Assembly (NCBI RefSeq): GCF_018977255.1 | Contig: NW_024704743.1 | Coordinates: 90,150,001-90,214,000 of the forward strand | Direction of reading: 5' to 3' | Source: Callorhinchus milii | Taxonomy: Eukaryota | Length of the DNA: 64,000 nt | Shown here: one piece after another, positions 13,454 to 26,640 of the stretch | How positions within the stretch are numbered: position 1 is the stretch's first letter | Layout: each line of letters opens with the position of its first letter | Position numbers and translations under genes: made by a program | The notes under the pieces: generated by a model | Seen by the model: the letters and a program-made list of their open reading frames with translations, nothing else | Databases searched by the model: none | What the model was told of the DNA's origin: nothing

Positions 13454-13579
13454 CTGCAGAGAAATACAAACAACTGATTGAGTCCTCAAGAACAATCTCA
13501 AGGTTTAAGCAAAATAAGAAAATTTAAGCATCAAAATGTTTCATCAGTTCTTTCGTCCCATTGATGAAAGTTTAAACTT

Positions 13580-13840
13580 GTCCTCGTGTTTCAGGTAGAT
13601 GCTAAAGAACCCGTGACACTATTCAAAACGAGAAGGAAGTTTATCGCAGTGTCCTGACCAGTAATCCTCCCGTTAAATTGATCGTTCATTTCTCAGCTGT
13701 TTGGGAGACGTCACTGTTATGCAAATTGGTTGCTGAGTTCGTACAGTCACTACACATAACATTAATTACTGTAAAGTACTTTGAGACATTTTTACTTTAA
13801 AGGTGCTATTTCGAAGGCAATCATTATTTTTATTATTATT
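13580..13840 (+). mobile_element. Degenerate Deu-type SINE fragment
   Basis: gcaaattggttgctg body and aaggtgctattt tail. Confidence 0.6.
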
Positions 13841-16224
13841 TTGATGAGTAATCCTCACTGCAGAGGAAAGAGGATGTTGTTTTGTCTATTGTAATTCCCG
13901 AATATTATAATATATTTATTCACATTGGGTATGCAATTCATCCTTAAATATGGGAAAAAAAGCGTCAAAGCACTTGAACCTCAGTATCAAATCATTTGAA
14001 TATTCATCACAGTACATTGCTTTGAGCAGTAATCGTCAATATCCTGACCACATTGTCAACTGCTAAGTTTTAAGGTTACAACCTTTATACTTGTTTTATT
14101 TCCAGCATTCTACCTGGCTTTACCTGTGTACTTGCCATTGCATATCTGTGAGGTCGAAAGCATCCTGTCCAGAAGAATGCATCAAATCCTGGGCCAGCAA
14201 ACACTTTTGTTTAATCTCCCTGGTCACAGTAAAATCACATCCAAAGCTTTGAACAACTGCACCCTAGCTGAGGCTGTAGCTCAGAAATGATTCTCGCCGT
14301 GCACCATAATTTTATCCGCACTAACAACCAGAATCTGCTTAAACATTTCAAACATGGAAATGGGATATCAGACCCACCAACCCAACTTTGATACGTGACG
14401 ACTGAGAGTGGAGGCTGTCGGGAGGAGGAGGAGCAAGAAGCGTTAGAGTTTAATGCTGTTATCATGTGCTGTATATAGCTGGAGGTCAAGTCCGATTTTA
14501 CCCTCCAAGGAGGATTATGGTACTTAGCTGATTACTGCCAGACAGTTGTGCCTGTAAAATACATGCTCCCGGCTTTAGCATTTCCCTTCTGTATCACAGA
14601 AATGATTATTTTGCTCAGAATGTTACACTCAGATTTAACTAAATCCTCCATTTATAATAGCTTTAAAAAAACAGCACTTTTCAATCTCAGAGACCTACAT
14701 CACTGAGAATGCACTGAAACAGTAAGTAGAGCACAGAACTACTAAAGGACAACTACTCCAACATGTGCCCTTGACCTTGTAACACACAAGCAACAGATTG
14801 GGTTATTCACATCAGGTCAAGACACGGTTTCCGAATTCATCTCAGGGGAGTGTCACTTTTCTCAGTGAGTTCTCAAATCGGACAATTTTGATTTATATTT
14901 CTGCATTTTTATCTCTCTTTNAAAAAAATCACATAGAGCTTTTCATTTTTGTTGTAAATGCCAAAGTAGTCAGCTGGTGACTTTATGATGTGATTGGCGC
15001 CATGCCAGTTCTGGGAATCATGTCAGTTTAGTCATGGGTACTGCTCAGCCCAGATCATTGCAAGGAGCTGCTGCCAAATGTCCCTGAGGACTCGCTGCTC
15101 TTGTGGCGAGGTTGTAGAGTCAATGAAGTGGAAGCAAAACAAGAGAGCTCGCTTTTTGTGGGATCAGGAGGGATGATGGAGGAAAGAATCAGAGGCCTGC
15201 TTTAAGGGTTCAGGTATCATAACTGCTGAAATATAAGAGTAGTTACAGTATCTCATAACCAAATCAACTGAAAATGTTCCTTTCACTCCAGTTTATTGAA
15301 TTACGCCATTGAATACATCAGTGCCTATGACTTGTGGCTGATTTCACAATGATTGGGCTAGAAAATTCAAAATTGTTAGTTTATATTTTGATACTTCTCG
15401 CTTGTTTAAATTTTTGCCATTGATGTTTTACTTTTCATGGTGACATTGGTCACTGTGACACTTTATTGGATTAGTGCTGTCTTCAACCTGCAAAATCATA
15501 AATTGGGCTGGGGAACCGACAAACTGATAATGTCTGGAAAATTATTAAAAAATTAAAAACATTTAAGTTAAAAACCATTCCAGTGTCCAGAAGTTAAAAG
15601 CAATCCAACCAAAAAAGTTCACACAACTTCGCGTATTTCAATTTGGGTTTAACAGAATGGATTTTTTTCACTATTAGTGAACTGAAAATACTAATTTATT
15701 CAATTATCAAGAAACACATCCAATGAGTTTAAGTGAATTTGCCACATCATGATATTTTAAATCACTTCCACTACCAGACTAAGATAAATGCAGTACAGAT
15801 TTTATTACTTATGGTAGAGTTGAGTCAATATATTTAATTCTAACTTTCAAATTTTCAATATGAAACAAGTCTTTAAATCTTATTGATACATTAGGACTTA
15901 TCATGAGTCATTTTCTAGTTCTGCTATTTTGGGTTTGCACCACAATTAATGATATGTTAACATAATGATGCCAACCACAACAAACATACATCGGTCAGCA
16001 CCTTCTTTAATAGGTATTGACTCTGTACTGAGTCCAAGACAATCATTTGGTCCCATCATAGATTCTTGATTAACTGGGAATAATGCTCTAGGGTATGTAT
16101 TATGTGTTAGTCAATTCTTAGCTCCTACAGTTTAAGTGAATTAGTAAAACTAAAGTTGCTACAGATTATGCTGCATAATTTAGATTCGTGATTTGGTCAT
16201 TTTCTGTCCATTAGGTGGCATCAC

Positions 16225-16660
16225 TGGGAAAAAACAGCCAGGGCCAGTGAAGTCTTGTGTGGGAGACAACCTGGGCTGTAGTTTAGGATGTTCTGCAGTC
16301 TGTGTAGGGAGGAGCTGGGGAGTCTGGTGAGCAGGGTATTCATATAGTCAAGCCTTACATGATGAAGACATGGATGAGGGTGTCGGCAGCCCAGGGGATA
16401 GCGGTAGATTTTGGGGATGTTGTGGAGGTGAGGGGAAGCCAAGTGGGACCCTGGATGTAGGATTGATGGGAATCAACCGAGATTCCACATTGGTTTTGCG
16501 AGTTGGATGTGGTCAGTCCCATATGTGAGAAGACTGGAGGCATTTTAAGGTAAGAACAAGGATTTTCAAGTCGATCTGTGAGGGAAGAGGGAGCCAGTGG
16601 AGTGTAGCGAGAATGGGCTCACAGAACATTGTGTCAAAGAGAATGTGGGCTGCAGATTTC
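16225..16660 (-). mobile_element. Degenerate L2 fragments
   Basis: RLDYMNTLLTRLPSSSLHRLQNILN motif of L2 ORF2. Confidence 0.7.
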
Positions 16661-19625
16661 TCAGCAGTTGACATGATGTTTGCTATTCTATGTGGTAAAA
16701 TAGCAAATTAATGAATTGTATTTTTATAACGCCTCTGTCAAAATGACTCAGCACATTTCACAGTAATAATCAATACTAATGATCCTTGATTTGATACAGC
16801 ACCTTATCACATCTTTTAGATGTCTCAAAGCGCTTCACAGAATATACGGTAAAGTCCTGACTTGAGGCTTGATCCCATGATCTTCTAAATCAGAATCAAG
16901 AGTGCTGCCAACTGAGCCAAGCTGGCACTAGCTACCAAAGTGAAGCTGTATATAGCTGCTTTATTCTAGCAGTGTAAGGCCTGAGTAGTTTTATAGTGTT
17001 ACAAGCAATTTAAAGGCACTAATAATTAGAGGGAAACATTTGTCAGATGCTGAAACTTTCTAAAAACACATTAACATAGAGAATGAATGGATACCTGGGA
17101 ATTATCTGATCAAGAATACAGGATAGATAGGAATGGATTACATGACAGCGATCCTATTGAGGGCTCAGGTGATATTGCAAACTGCAAAAGTGAAGCTCAA
17201 GTCATTTGCTGGTCATCTGAACCCTGAGGCTGAATTACTGCCTATAATCCTCTGCTGTCCATCCAATATTTATTATATTATATGTGGAGTGTTTCATTAT
17301 CCTCCGATAGCACTGGTGCTTTTATCTTGTCATTGCCATTGGATGACGACAAAAAAATTATGTGGGATGCGTTTCAAAGGAAATTGCTCTCCTTGCTGTG
17401 ATATTTAGTCTCTAAATTTTAGAGGATAACATGTATGGGAGCAATATCAAAGCCATAATGCCATCGAGGGAATTTAGATGAAATGAATTACATGAGTAAA
17501 GTTCAAGGAGTCCTAACAGTCACCTGAATAACATCTTCACTGATGAATTACAAGGCAATCATTCCCTGTTTATCAGATAAAAATGTACACTTGATATCAA
17601 AAACAAATTATTATTATTATAAATTGCAACTCCATGTACAGTAAGCTAATTTAAACAATGTAAAACAGTACAACCATTTCTACAATAATACATTTAAAAA
17701 AAGCACAAAAAGATTCTCATGAATCAAGATACTTGATTACCCCAATCTAACAAAAAATTGTTAATGATTCGAACTGTCCAGTAAACTTAATCTCGTTGTG
17801 CATCTCACATAAATCCAGGAAATCACACCATCATAAGTTGCCTATGTGAGTTATAGGAATGCATCAGATGATAATGCTTCAATAATTCAGGTTTTCGCTT
17901 AACAAATCCTCCTAACATGGAGTGCAAAACAAACCTCTTGTAGTCTCCTATAAGTTATTGGAAGGAACTGTATCCAATCAGCATTGCTGTATTTCTGTGC
18001 ATTAACATACAACTCCAATCCTTTACTGGTGAATTTTAATTTGTTTTTCATCTTATCTGTAATTAGATATATAGCTTTCTTACCACCTGAAGGTTTTATT
18101 GATGCAGAGTTGAAAGGGATGCTTTTTTTTGTAAATGAAGTCAACGTTACCAAGATCCATATATTTTACAGAGAATCCAGCATTCTTTTTCACTGACTTT
18201 AAGAAAGGCACGTACAGATGTCAGAGACACTGAGTTAACATTGTGTTCACATGGATCTTCGCACACTGATAGCTTACAGTCTAAGTATGTGCATGCGGGT
18301 GAGAACAATGTATGAGAGTGGTAAGGGAGGTACTGCTCAGTAGAGTGGTGGGAGAGTCTGGGGATAGAATCATAATCTCTTCAACAACTCTGGTTGTGCT
18401 GAAGCTCTCCCCTTGCATTGGGGGAAAAGGGAGCGGATATGTGCCTGAGGGTGGTTGTGTTGAGTAAGTATCCAGGTGGGGAGCCCAGACTGCCTGGTGT
18501 TTATGCAGCTCCAGACAGAGGCGGCCATTGCTGATTGACAGATGTCCCCCAGGCATTTCATCCACATCTGTGAAGAGAAGGGGTGTACCTTTGCATTGTC
18601 AATAGCAAGTGTTACACATATGTGGGTATTGTGGGAGGTTCTTCAACAAGCAGGGTTCAGGAAGCATGGGTCTGAGCTGGAGAGGTATGATTACCGAAAT
18701 GATGTCAGACCTTAAATCGTTAAAGTGTTTCCCATTGGACCACAGCTTGTCCACCTAAGGGTATCCTCAGTGATATCATTATAATACTAATAATACAATA
18801 CAAAATTACATTTGTATAGTGCCTTTCATGTCGGGAGGACGTCCTATCCTTATGTCTGCTATTGTATCTAAAACATCAACACATCTCAAAGTACTTCATG
18901 GACATTGCTGACAAGTGTAGTGGCTGTGTCTGTAGGTAATTCTGAAGACCACATTCTCTGGCTGCCAGGATTAGTTGGAATGAGGGGGTGCTTCCAGCCC
19001 TCTGATGCTTTTCCAGTCTTCAAAAAATATGGGGTTATATGGAGCACTGGTTGTATTTCATTGTATGGCTAGGAATTCATGGAGAGTGATCCATTAGATT
19101 TGAGTTGCCCAATATTTCCTAAAGTTTAGGAAGCTGATTCTACCTCTACCTGGATGGCTGTAGGGATCCTTACACAGGATTGACTGAGAGCACATGATGG
19201 GAACAGTAAAATGGACTGAAGGAAAGGATCTTTACAGCAGTCATTATTTGGCAATTTACATTTTTCTTTGATCGATTATTTGAATAACACTGTAAACGCT
19301 CTATCCACTGATGCACTGGCATGCTGGAGTGTGAGCAAGATTTACTCCTCAGTCAACCAGACTCTGCGATTTGCATTCACTTGCAAGCAATTTTAAAAAA
19401 TTGCATTTCTACGCAGTTATGTCCATGTTTCCTTTAGAATCACATTTCAAGAACATATGAAAACACACGAGGGCCAGATGAAAATGTGTCACAGAAAAAA
19501 AAACCTCAGGAGAACATCCAATTGAAAAAAAATGTTGCTTTACTTGATTCTAAAAATATTTCCTCCCATCATTAAACCGGCCACCTCCACATGTCCTATT
19601 ACAAGGGCGAGCAAAATGGGTTGTG

Positions 19626-20020
19626 CAATCCTCGTCCTCACTTTCAAGGTCATCCATGGCCTTGCCCCCTCTTACCTCACTGACCTGCTGATTCCCTACC
19701 AACCTGCCCGTTCCCTCCGTTCAGCGGGCTCCAGCCTGCTCCATGTCTCCCGCCCGACTCGCCCTATCAGCCTCTCTGCCCCCACACTCTGGAACTCCAT
19801 CCCACAGTCCCTTCACCTCATTTCCTCCCTTGCCTCCTTCAAGGCTGGTCTCAAAACCCTCATCTTCGATCGTGCCTTCAGTCGTCCTCCACCTCTCTGT
19901 CTTCCCTCACCCCTACCCCACCCCTCCTCCATGCTCAGGTCCTGACCCCTGACTGTCCAGCGCCTTGGGACATCCTCCTGACATGAAAGGCGCTCTATAA
20001 ATGTAATTTTGTTGTTGTTG
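19626..20020 (+). mobile_element. L2 3' fragment
   Basis: ILVLTFKVIHGLAPSYLTDLL...SAPTLWNSIP...FKAGLKT and (ttg)n tail. Confidence 0.88.
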
Positions 20021-21535
20021 CAATCTTCCATGATATCCAGTGTCAATTCTGTGTTATGCACAGCTAACACAAAAGCACACAAATAACTCATTATTGGATC
20101 AAAGAAAGATAGTGAATCTTTTTCTTTTCTCGTTGTCCCTTTTCCTTCCCTTGCCACACACCAGGTGCCCCACTCTCCTGTATTAAGATGTGTTTCTGAT
20201 GGAAAGCTGGCTCAGTTTCTCACCAAGTCTCTCTGGTGCATTTTAGTCTGAATAGGTGGGAGTACCAATCAACATAACTATTGCATGTGGCACCAGCAGT
20301 TTCACCAACAGGCTACCAGGCCACAGAGTGAAAGCCGTTTTAACAATCTCCAAAGTAGTTGAACGATGGCAGATCTTTTCTACTGCACATAGCAAAATAT
20401 GATGATTGTTATCTCTGCATAATGTGCAATATAAAGAGGACTGATACAGTGTGAATCTCACTGCAGCCTCGCTAACTAGTCGAGCTGTTTTCTGGAGCAA
20501 TGCGATTCAGATTGGTTGTAGTAAAAAATACAGCAGTGTGAATCACACAGGGCTTTGACCCTATCTTCCTTTGAAAGCTCTTAAGTCATCCAAATGGCAT
20601 TGGGAGCTTTCACTGGACTATTTTGTAAAGTTATTAGAGTGCGTTAAATAATAACTCTTTAATAACATTAAAAACAAACACCTGATCTCAGAGCTCAGTG
20701 CATGTGAAGCTAAGCATAAAATTAGGCCTCTTGCTCCACATAATTCTTCACCTGGGAGCAGAGTAGTTTTGTGTATCTTGCGGCGAAACAATATAGCTTT
20801 AATAATTTCATCTTGCACAGTAAGATTGAAGAGAAGAAATACGGTGAACATAATTACACCATTTTAGTATAAAGACAGCAACATTCTCATGAACTGGTGA
20901 TGTAAACAAATATTTTCATAAAATTAGCAACTAAATCAAACATTTTGTGTTGGCTTAAATTAATGGAGACTTGTTTTTGCCACTTGCCAACAATCCAGTT
21001 CCTGGATGGTGACTGATGTAGTGGAGTATATTCTCATTTGGCTAATTTCCTAGTGAAAATGTACTGTGTCATAGAATCAATGCAGTTATTAGGCTGACTG
21101 ATGAACTTCAAAGCAAGCAAATACATTTTCCAATTGGCTAAATTTATGAATAGTAACACAATTTTAAAAAGATATATACATTGTACTAGTGGCAACTTCA
21201 AGCACAGTATTGAGCCAACAAATATGTATTGAATTCTAAAATGTTTAACTTAAGAAACAGCTTCTGGCCAAAACTATAACTTTGGCACTGACACAATAAA
21301 CTGAGCAATTTTAAAAACTGTTGGAAATTCAGATTGTTTGGCGGTAAACACAGCGACTGCTCTGAGTCTGCTAATATGACTTCTGACTTTATCAGTGAAC
21401 AGGATAACAGCTCTGCATCGCCTGTTAATTGACCTCTGACTGTTTCAGTGAACAGGGTAACAGCTCTGAGTTGCGACATCTGACTGTTAACAGTAAAAGA
21501 CAGTTTGCATCAATAAGGTTTTCTCAGTTGGAATG

Positions 21536-21811
21536 GATAGATGTGCCTGTACTCTGTGCATGTACTGAAGGGCAATGATTTGTTCCTTCACTGCACAGAT
21601 GATGCCATTTGGGACTCTCCACCACAGAATTCTCAAGCTAAATAGCAGGTAGAGTCAGTAGGAAGCGATGAAAAGAAGATCTAGTATCTAGACTCTACCT
21701 GTTATTTAGCTTGAGAATTCTGTGGTGGAGAGTCCCAAATGGCATCATCTGTGCAGTGAAGGAACAAATCATTGCCCTTCAGTACATACACAGAGTACAG
21801 GCACATCTATC
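21536..21811. repeat. Long near-perfect inverted repeat (121-bp arms, 34-nt spacer)
   Basis: 21536-21656 is the reverse complement of 21691-21811 with 2 mismatches. Confidence 0.95.
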
Positions 21812-22867
21812 TATAAAGATTACATTGGTACATGTACTTCCACATCTGCAAACCCACACAGACACACACACGTGTAAATACATAGACAACATACAGTACA
21901 TTGTGCTTGTTTGATTATATATTATTTTATCGGCAATTCGTTCACGTAAACCCCACACTATTCACCATTCCCTTACTGAGAGGGTGCTCAGGTGCTATAT
22001 GAGAGCAGCACAGCTGACTTATCACTTGATATCTCTCCCTCCCCTTTGTGGACTTGACTGGTGTGTGCTGGCCTGTTCCTGCAGTCAGCCAGCCCTGCTA
22101 ATATCAACTATCATTTAGAGGATTTCTTAAGGTGAATCCAAGCCTAGTTACTCTGTAAAACTGCATATGAGTACCACACTGATTGATCATCAGATCCTGA
22201 TACATATGGTACAACAACAACAACCACAACTTGCTTTTATATAGCACCCTTTACGCCAGACGGTGTCTCGGAGCCTTGGCACATTTTGTCCTGTTTCCAG
22301 GTTTGTGGGAGGGTGGGGGCAGAGGGAGAGATGCAATCAGCAACCAAACTACTGCAGTAGAAGGATAGACTGCAACTAAATTCCTTCATAGTCCAATGAG
22401 GGGCGGAAGGAATTTCTGTTGTTTGCTGGTGCACGTCAAAGCTGCCTCACAACAATACCACTTCTGATTGTCTAGTGGGGATAGGAGGAAGGAGTCCTCT
22501 TACACCCTTAAAGGTTAGGTAACTCACACACACACACACACACAACTGCACACCCACATCCAGCTCCCAATGACATATCTAGTAAAATATGAGTTGATAA
22601 CATCTTTCTCTAACTAGAAACTTGGAGGTTATTCAGGTTGCCAGAGCTCTTTTATCAATATGAATTACAAAAATATGAAGTGCAGATTTCCACCTTGTCT
22701 TACCCTGTAAGATGATTATTTGTTAACATTTAAAATCGGCAGAATTGATGAAAATTCTTGAATTCTGTCTTAATTTGGAAGATTGCTTTTAAATGAACTG
22801 GCAGGCAAGAACCACTTTTTAAAAAATATCAGAGTTACCAAGAATTAAATTAACTTAACCTTTTTGC

Positions 22868-23250
22868 CAGCTTGGCTCAGTTGGTAGCATTTCCCCTCTG
22901 AGTCTGATGGTTGGGACTTTGAGCCCATTGTCGAGTCTGACAGTACAGGGCAGTGCTGCATTGCCAGAGGTGATGTCCTTCGGATGAGATATTAAATGTC
23001 TTATCTGCCTGTTCAGTTGATCCTATGGCACTATTTCAAAGAGAAAGGAGTTTCTCCTGGTGCCCTGGCCAACAATTCCCCAGATAAAATTGGTCATTCA
23101 CCTCATGGCTGTTTGTAGGATATTATTGTGTGCAAGTTGGCTGCCGCATTGGCCTGCAAATACACACACTACAGTAGATACTGTGAAGTGCTTTGAAATG
23201 GTTCAACCTTGTGATAAGGCGCAATTTTCAAATGCAAGGATTAATATTAT
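22868..23250 (+). mobile_element. Older Deu-type tRNA SINE, near full length
   Basis: Head tggctcagttggtagc, body ggctgtttgtaggat...ttggctgccgc, tail aatgcaaggatta. Confidence 0.8.
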
Positions 23251-24949
23251 GTACAAAGCTGCACTTTTTTTAAGCACTGAATTTTGATGTATCACTGGAT
23301 TTCAAGGAATTATTGGGTTCATCTATGCAAGAGAGCTAAAGTAACATGCACAGTTGGCAAGATCACTGAAGAATCCCGAGTGCTGATAGTATCTCCTAAT
23401 ATTAATCTGCTCTGATAATACTTCAGAGACGTTACCCCATATGAAGGGGGCTATATAAATTCAAATTGATACTGCTGTCATTATTAATTTGGCCTGATAT
23501 TGGATAAAGCAACTCTTTCCAGGTAAAATCACACAGCGATACCTCTGACAGGAAAGGAAAGGAATGACTGTTAAAAGTGATCAATTCCTTAATTTTCAAT
23601 AACAGGTCAAGACAGCATTCATTCTGTCTTTCATCTGCTGGATTCTCCATCTGTACTGCTGATAAGGAAAAAATTCCATTATGTAGTGAGGCAGAGTTAG
23701 TGAAGAATAATTCAGTGCACTACCTCATTTTGCATATTGGCATAGAGACTATTCAGTGTTCTTCCCATTCACCTACACCATAAGGTAATGATCATAGCAA
23801 AGAGAACAAGATAATGATAATGCCAAACAATTTTACATGTTTGATAGCATTAGTTAATGACAAAGATCAAGGCTGAGATATTATGCAAATAACTTGTGGC
23901 ATTTATGCAACTTCTAGGTTATAACTCTGGCACCTAAACACATAGCTTGGCTGTGTGCTACAATCTATGAAATAGTCACAGTTTGGGCAAACACATCTGT
24001 ATCGTTTGTGTTCTGACATCAGATAATGCATCATCTTCATTGCTGTGTGCTAACTGGCTGCTGCGTTCGCCCACAAAACACATAAGTCACTGCACTTAAC
24101 AATATATCCTGTGAAGCACTTTGGGACATCCTCCCAACGTGAAAGGTGCTATACCAAATGTAACAATTATTATCTTTCTATAACATCTGTGGCATGGTGT
24201 AGTTATAGTCACCATCACCACCTGCACAATTGTTTATTGTGAACAAATACTGAAAATACTATGAAATAAATGGAATGTATGATTTCTCACACACCATTCA
24301 TGCAAAAGGATCTAAACAGCTTGTACATTTTTACTCCATCCCCAGCAGTCTGAGAATGCCAAGCAAACAAAAACTATCTCTTCCAAAATCAACAGGGTGC
24401 TCTCAACTCTCAGCTCAGGCAGCAGGATCGATGTGGAATATCCCCAGTTTACAACACAAATATATAACAGATGGCACAAAGTCTATGTTACACATTCAGC
24501 AAAAATGCAAAGGTTTGAAAGCTGAAGAATTGCAAGCAAGAAAGATTAAATGATTCTGGTTTTTAACAGGACAGCATATTAAGTCTTCAAATTTGAAAGC
24601 TGAGTAACAACTTTAAAGATGCTAGGAGTGCACCTTTGAGTGTTTTTGTGCTAATGTATACATCTGTTAAACGACTGCTTTAATTTACTTCAGAGAAATC
24701 CACAGCAAAATAAGCGACTTCCTGTCAACAACAGTAACACATGCGTACTGAAGGAATTAAAAGCAACAACTTTTGCAAGACAGCAACTTTCAAGTGAATT
24801 GCCATCACCATAAATCTCCATTAAATGCTGGAAGCATAAGAGCAGCATCAGGCACGCTGCACAGTGCAATGCAATAAACTAGAGACAGCAAAGCAAGCAA
24901 TACTCTCCAAACCAGTCAAAATAAACAGGATTTTGCTAGAATTGGAATT

Positions 24950-25940
24950 TCTCTTTTTGGTCAGCCAAGTGCCTGACACATGCTAAAACCCATCACCAAG
25001 GTTAAGAATATCTAAACCTGACTGAAATCCAAATATGCATTCCTGTGTATGAAATAGAATGAATACTCTCTCTAAATGGAATATAATGGAGGGAAGCACC
25101 CTGCTTGCCATTGGGAGCACTGTCTGTCAAGCTTCCCACTGTTTATTCAACTAGAACCAACTGATCCACTAGGGCTTTGGCTTGCACTGCTAACAGGAGC
25201 TGAGTGGGAAGAATCACTTCCCCCAGTGAATAGTCTGCTCTTTCAAGTCCTGCAGACAAGCCAGGCTGGCTAGTCTGTCATTAGCAATGCTTTGAAGTAC
25301 TGCAGACCAGCCTGCCTCAGGAATTAAACTCCTGCAACTGCCACATAGGGCTCACTTAATTCTGAATTCCACACTGCCAATTACCTCAACTATCATCTTT
25401 GAGTCAGTTCATTCCCCATTTTTTTTTGGTCAGCCAGTCTGGCACCTGCAGAAAACCATCACCAGAAAACCATCACCATCCTTAAGAGTATCCACTCCAT
25501 ATTGAGATTTCTATGCATCTCACCTACACGTGGAAATCCCAGAGATATTTGTTCGAATGGAATGCACACTCTCTCCCTGGAGGGATACATCCTGCTTACC
25601 TAACTCCAGAAAGTATTAGGCACAAGTTGGCAAGAACCAAAGCTTGGGGATCCCAAGTGTGCGTTGCAGTACTGCTGGAATCTAACCAGCTAAACCGCAT
25701 AGCTTGCCATTGAATTCACTACCTGGCAAGCTATCCTGCTGCTTATCCAGCTAGGACCACCTACCCATGAGGGCTTTGGCTGGTAGGGTTAACAGGAGCT
25801 GAGTGGGACGAAACCCTGCCCCAGTGACTGGTCTGCCCCTTCAAATCCTGTTGATGAGCCACATCAGCATTGCCCTGGAATACTAGGACCCAACTGGCTC
25901 AGGTACCACCGAGACTGCCTTAGAGGATTGCCTTCATTCT
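24950..25940 (+). repeat. Two tandem diverged copies of family X
   Basis: tttttggtcagcca...aaaccatcacca begins both units (about 24953 and 25422); the aacaggagctgagtggga core is present twice. Confidence 0.7.
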
Positions 25941-26044
25941 GATATTCTGTTTCCAAGCATGTCATATTCAAGTCAATTCAGCTACAAGTAGAGTCCACTT
26001 ACCTCCCACTGAAGGAGGAAAGCTCATCCTGTTTATCCCCTCCC

Positions 26045-26640
26045 CACCTCAATCTGAAGATGGACAAGGAGGAGGGACTCAGGCAGAGAGTTCCAGAATC
26101 TTGGGGCATAGTGACTGAAAGCACGGCCGCTGATAATAATAATCCTTGCATTTGATATAGCGCTTTTCACATCAAGAGGACGTCCCAAAGCGCTTCACAG
26201 AACACACTGTAAAGTGAATTGACTGTATATTTGTGGGCGAACGCGGCAGCCAATTGCGCACAGCAATGTCCCACAAACAGTCATAGATTGAAAATGACCA
26301 ATTTATTATTGTTTTTTGTTTTGGAGGGATTATTATTAGGTTCTGTGTGGAGTAAGGAAACTTGCCCAAGGTTTCGCCCTCTGCCTGGAATTGAACTCAG
26401 GTCTCTCGCTTGCAAAGCGAGTGCTCTAACCACTGAGCTACAGGACTCCTGTCCTGATGTTGGAGGGGAGGGGACAAAGGACAGGCAGGAGGTGGGTTGA
26501 GCAAAGGGATGGGTAGAGGAGTGGGCTGTAAGCAGCTCAGAGAGGTAGGAAGGTGCCAGGGCATGAATTAATTCATACACGAGTGCAAGGATCTTGAAAT
26601 TGATCTGTTCTGCAATAGGAAGCCAGTGGAGCCTGGCAAG
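26045..26640 (-). mobile_element. L2 fragment split by a young SINE
   Basis: L2 sequence on both sides (ELIHALAPSYLSELL) of SINE 26133-26448. Confidence 0.75.
26133..26448 (-). mobile_element. Young full-length tRNA-derived SINE (short subfamily)
   Basis: Near-identical to 4594-4911. Confidence 0.92.

Noticed and set aside
13535..13570. Minus-strand GAAA...CTGATGA resembling a hammerhead core
   Set aside because: Only 3 nt separate the motifs, leaving no room for stems III and I or a cleavage triplet.
21385..21495. Two roughly 54-bp direct repeats (cagtgaacagg.taacagctctg) beside the long inverted repeat
   Set aside because: Short diverged tandem duplication with no evident link to the inverted repeat.
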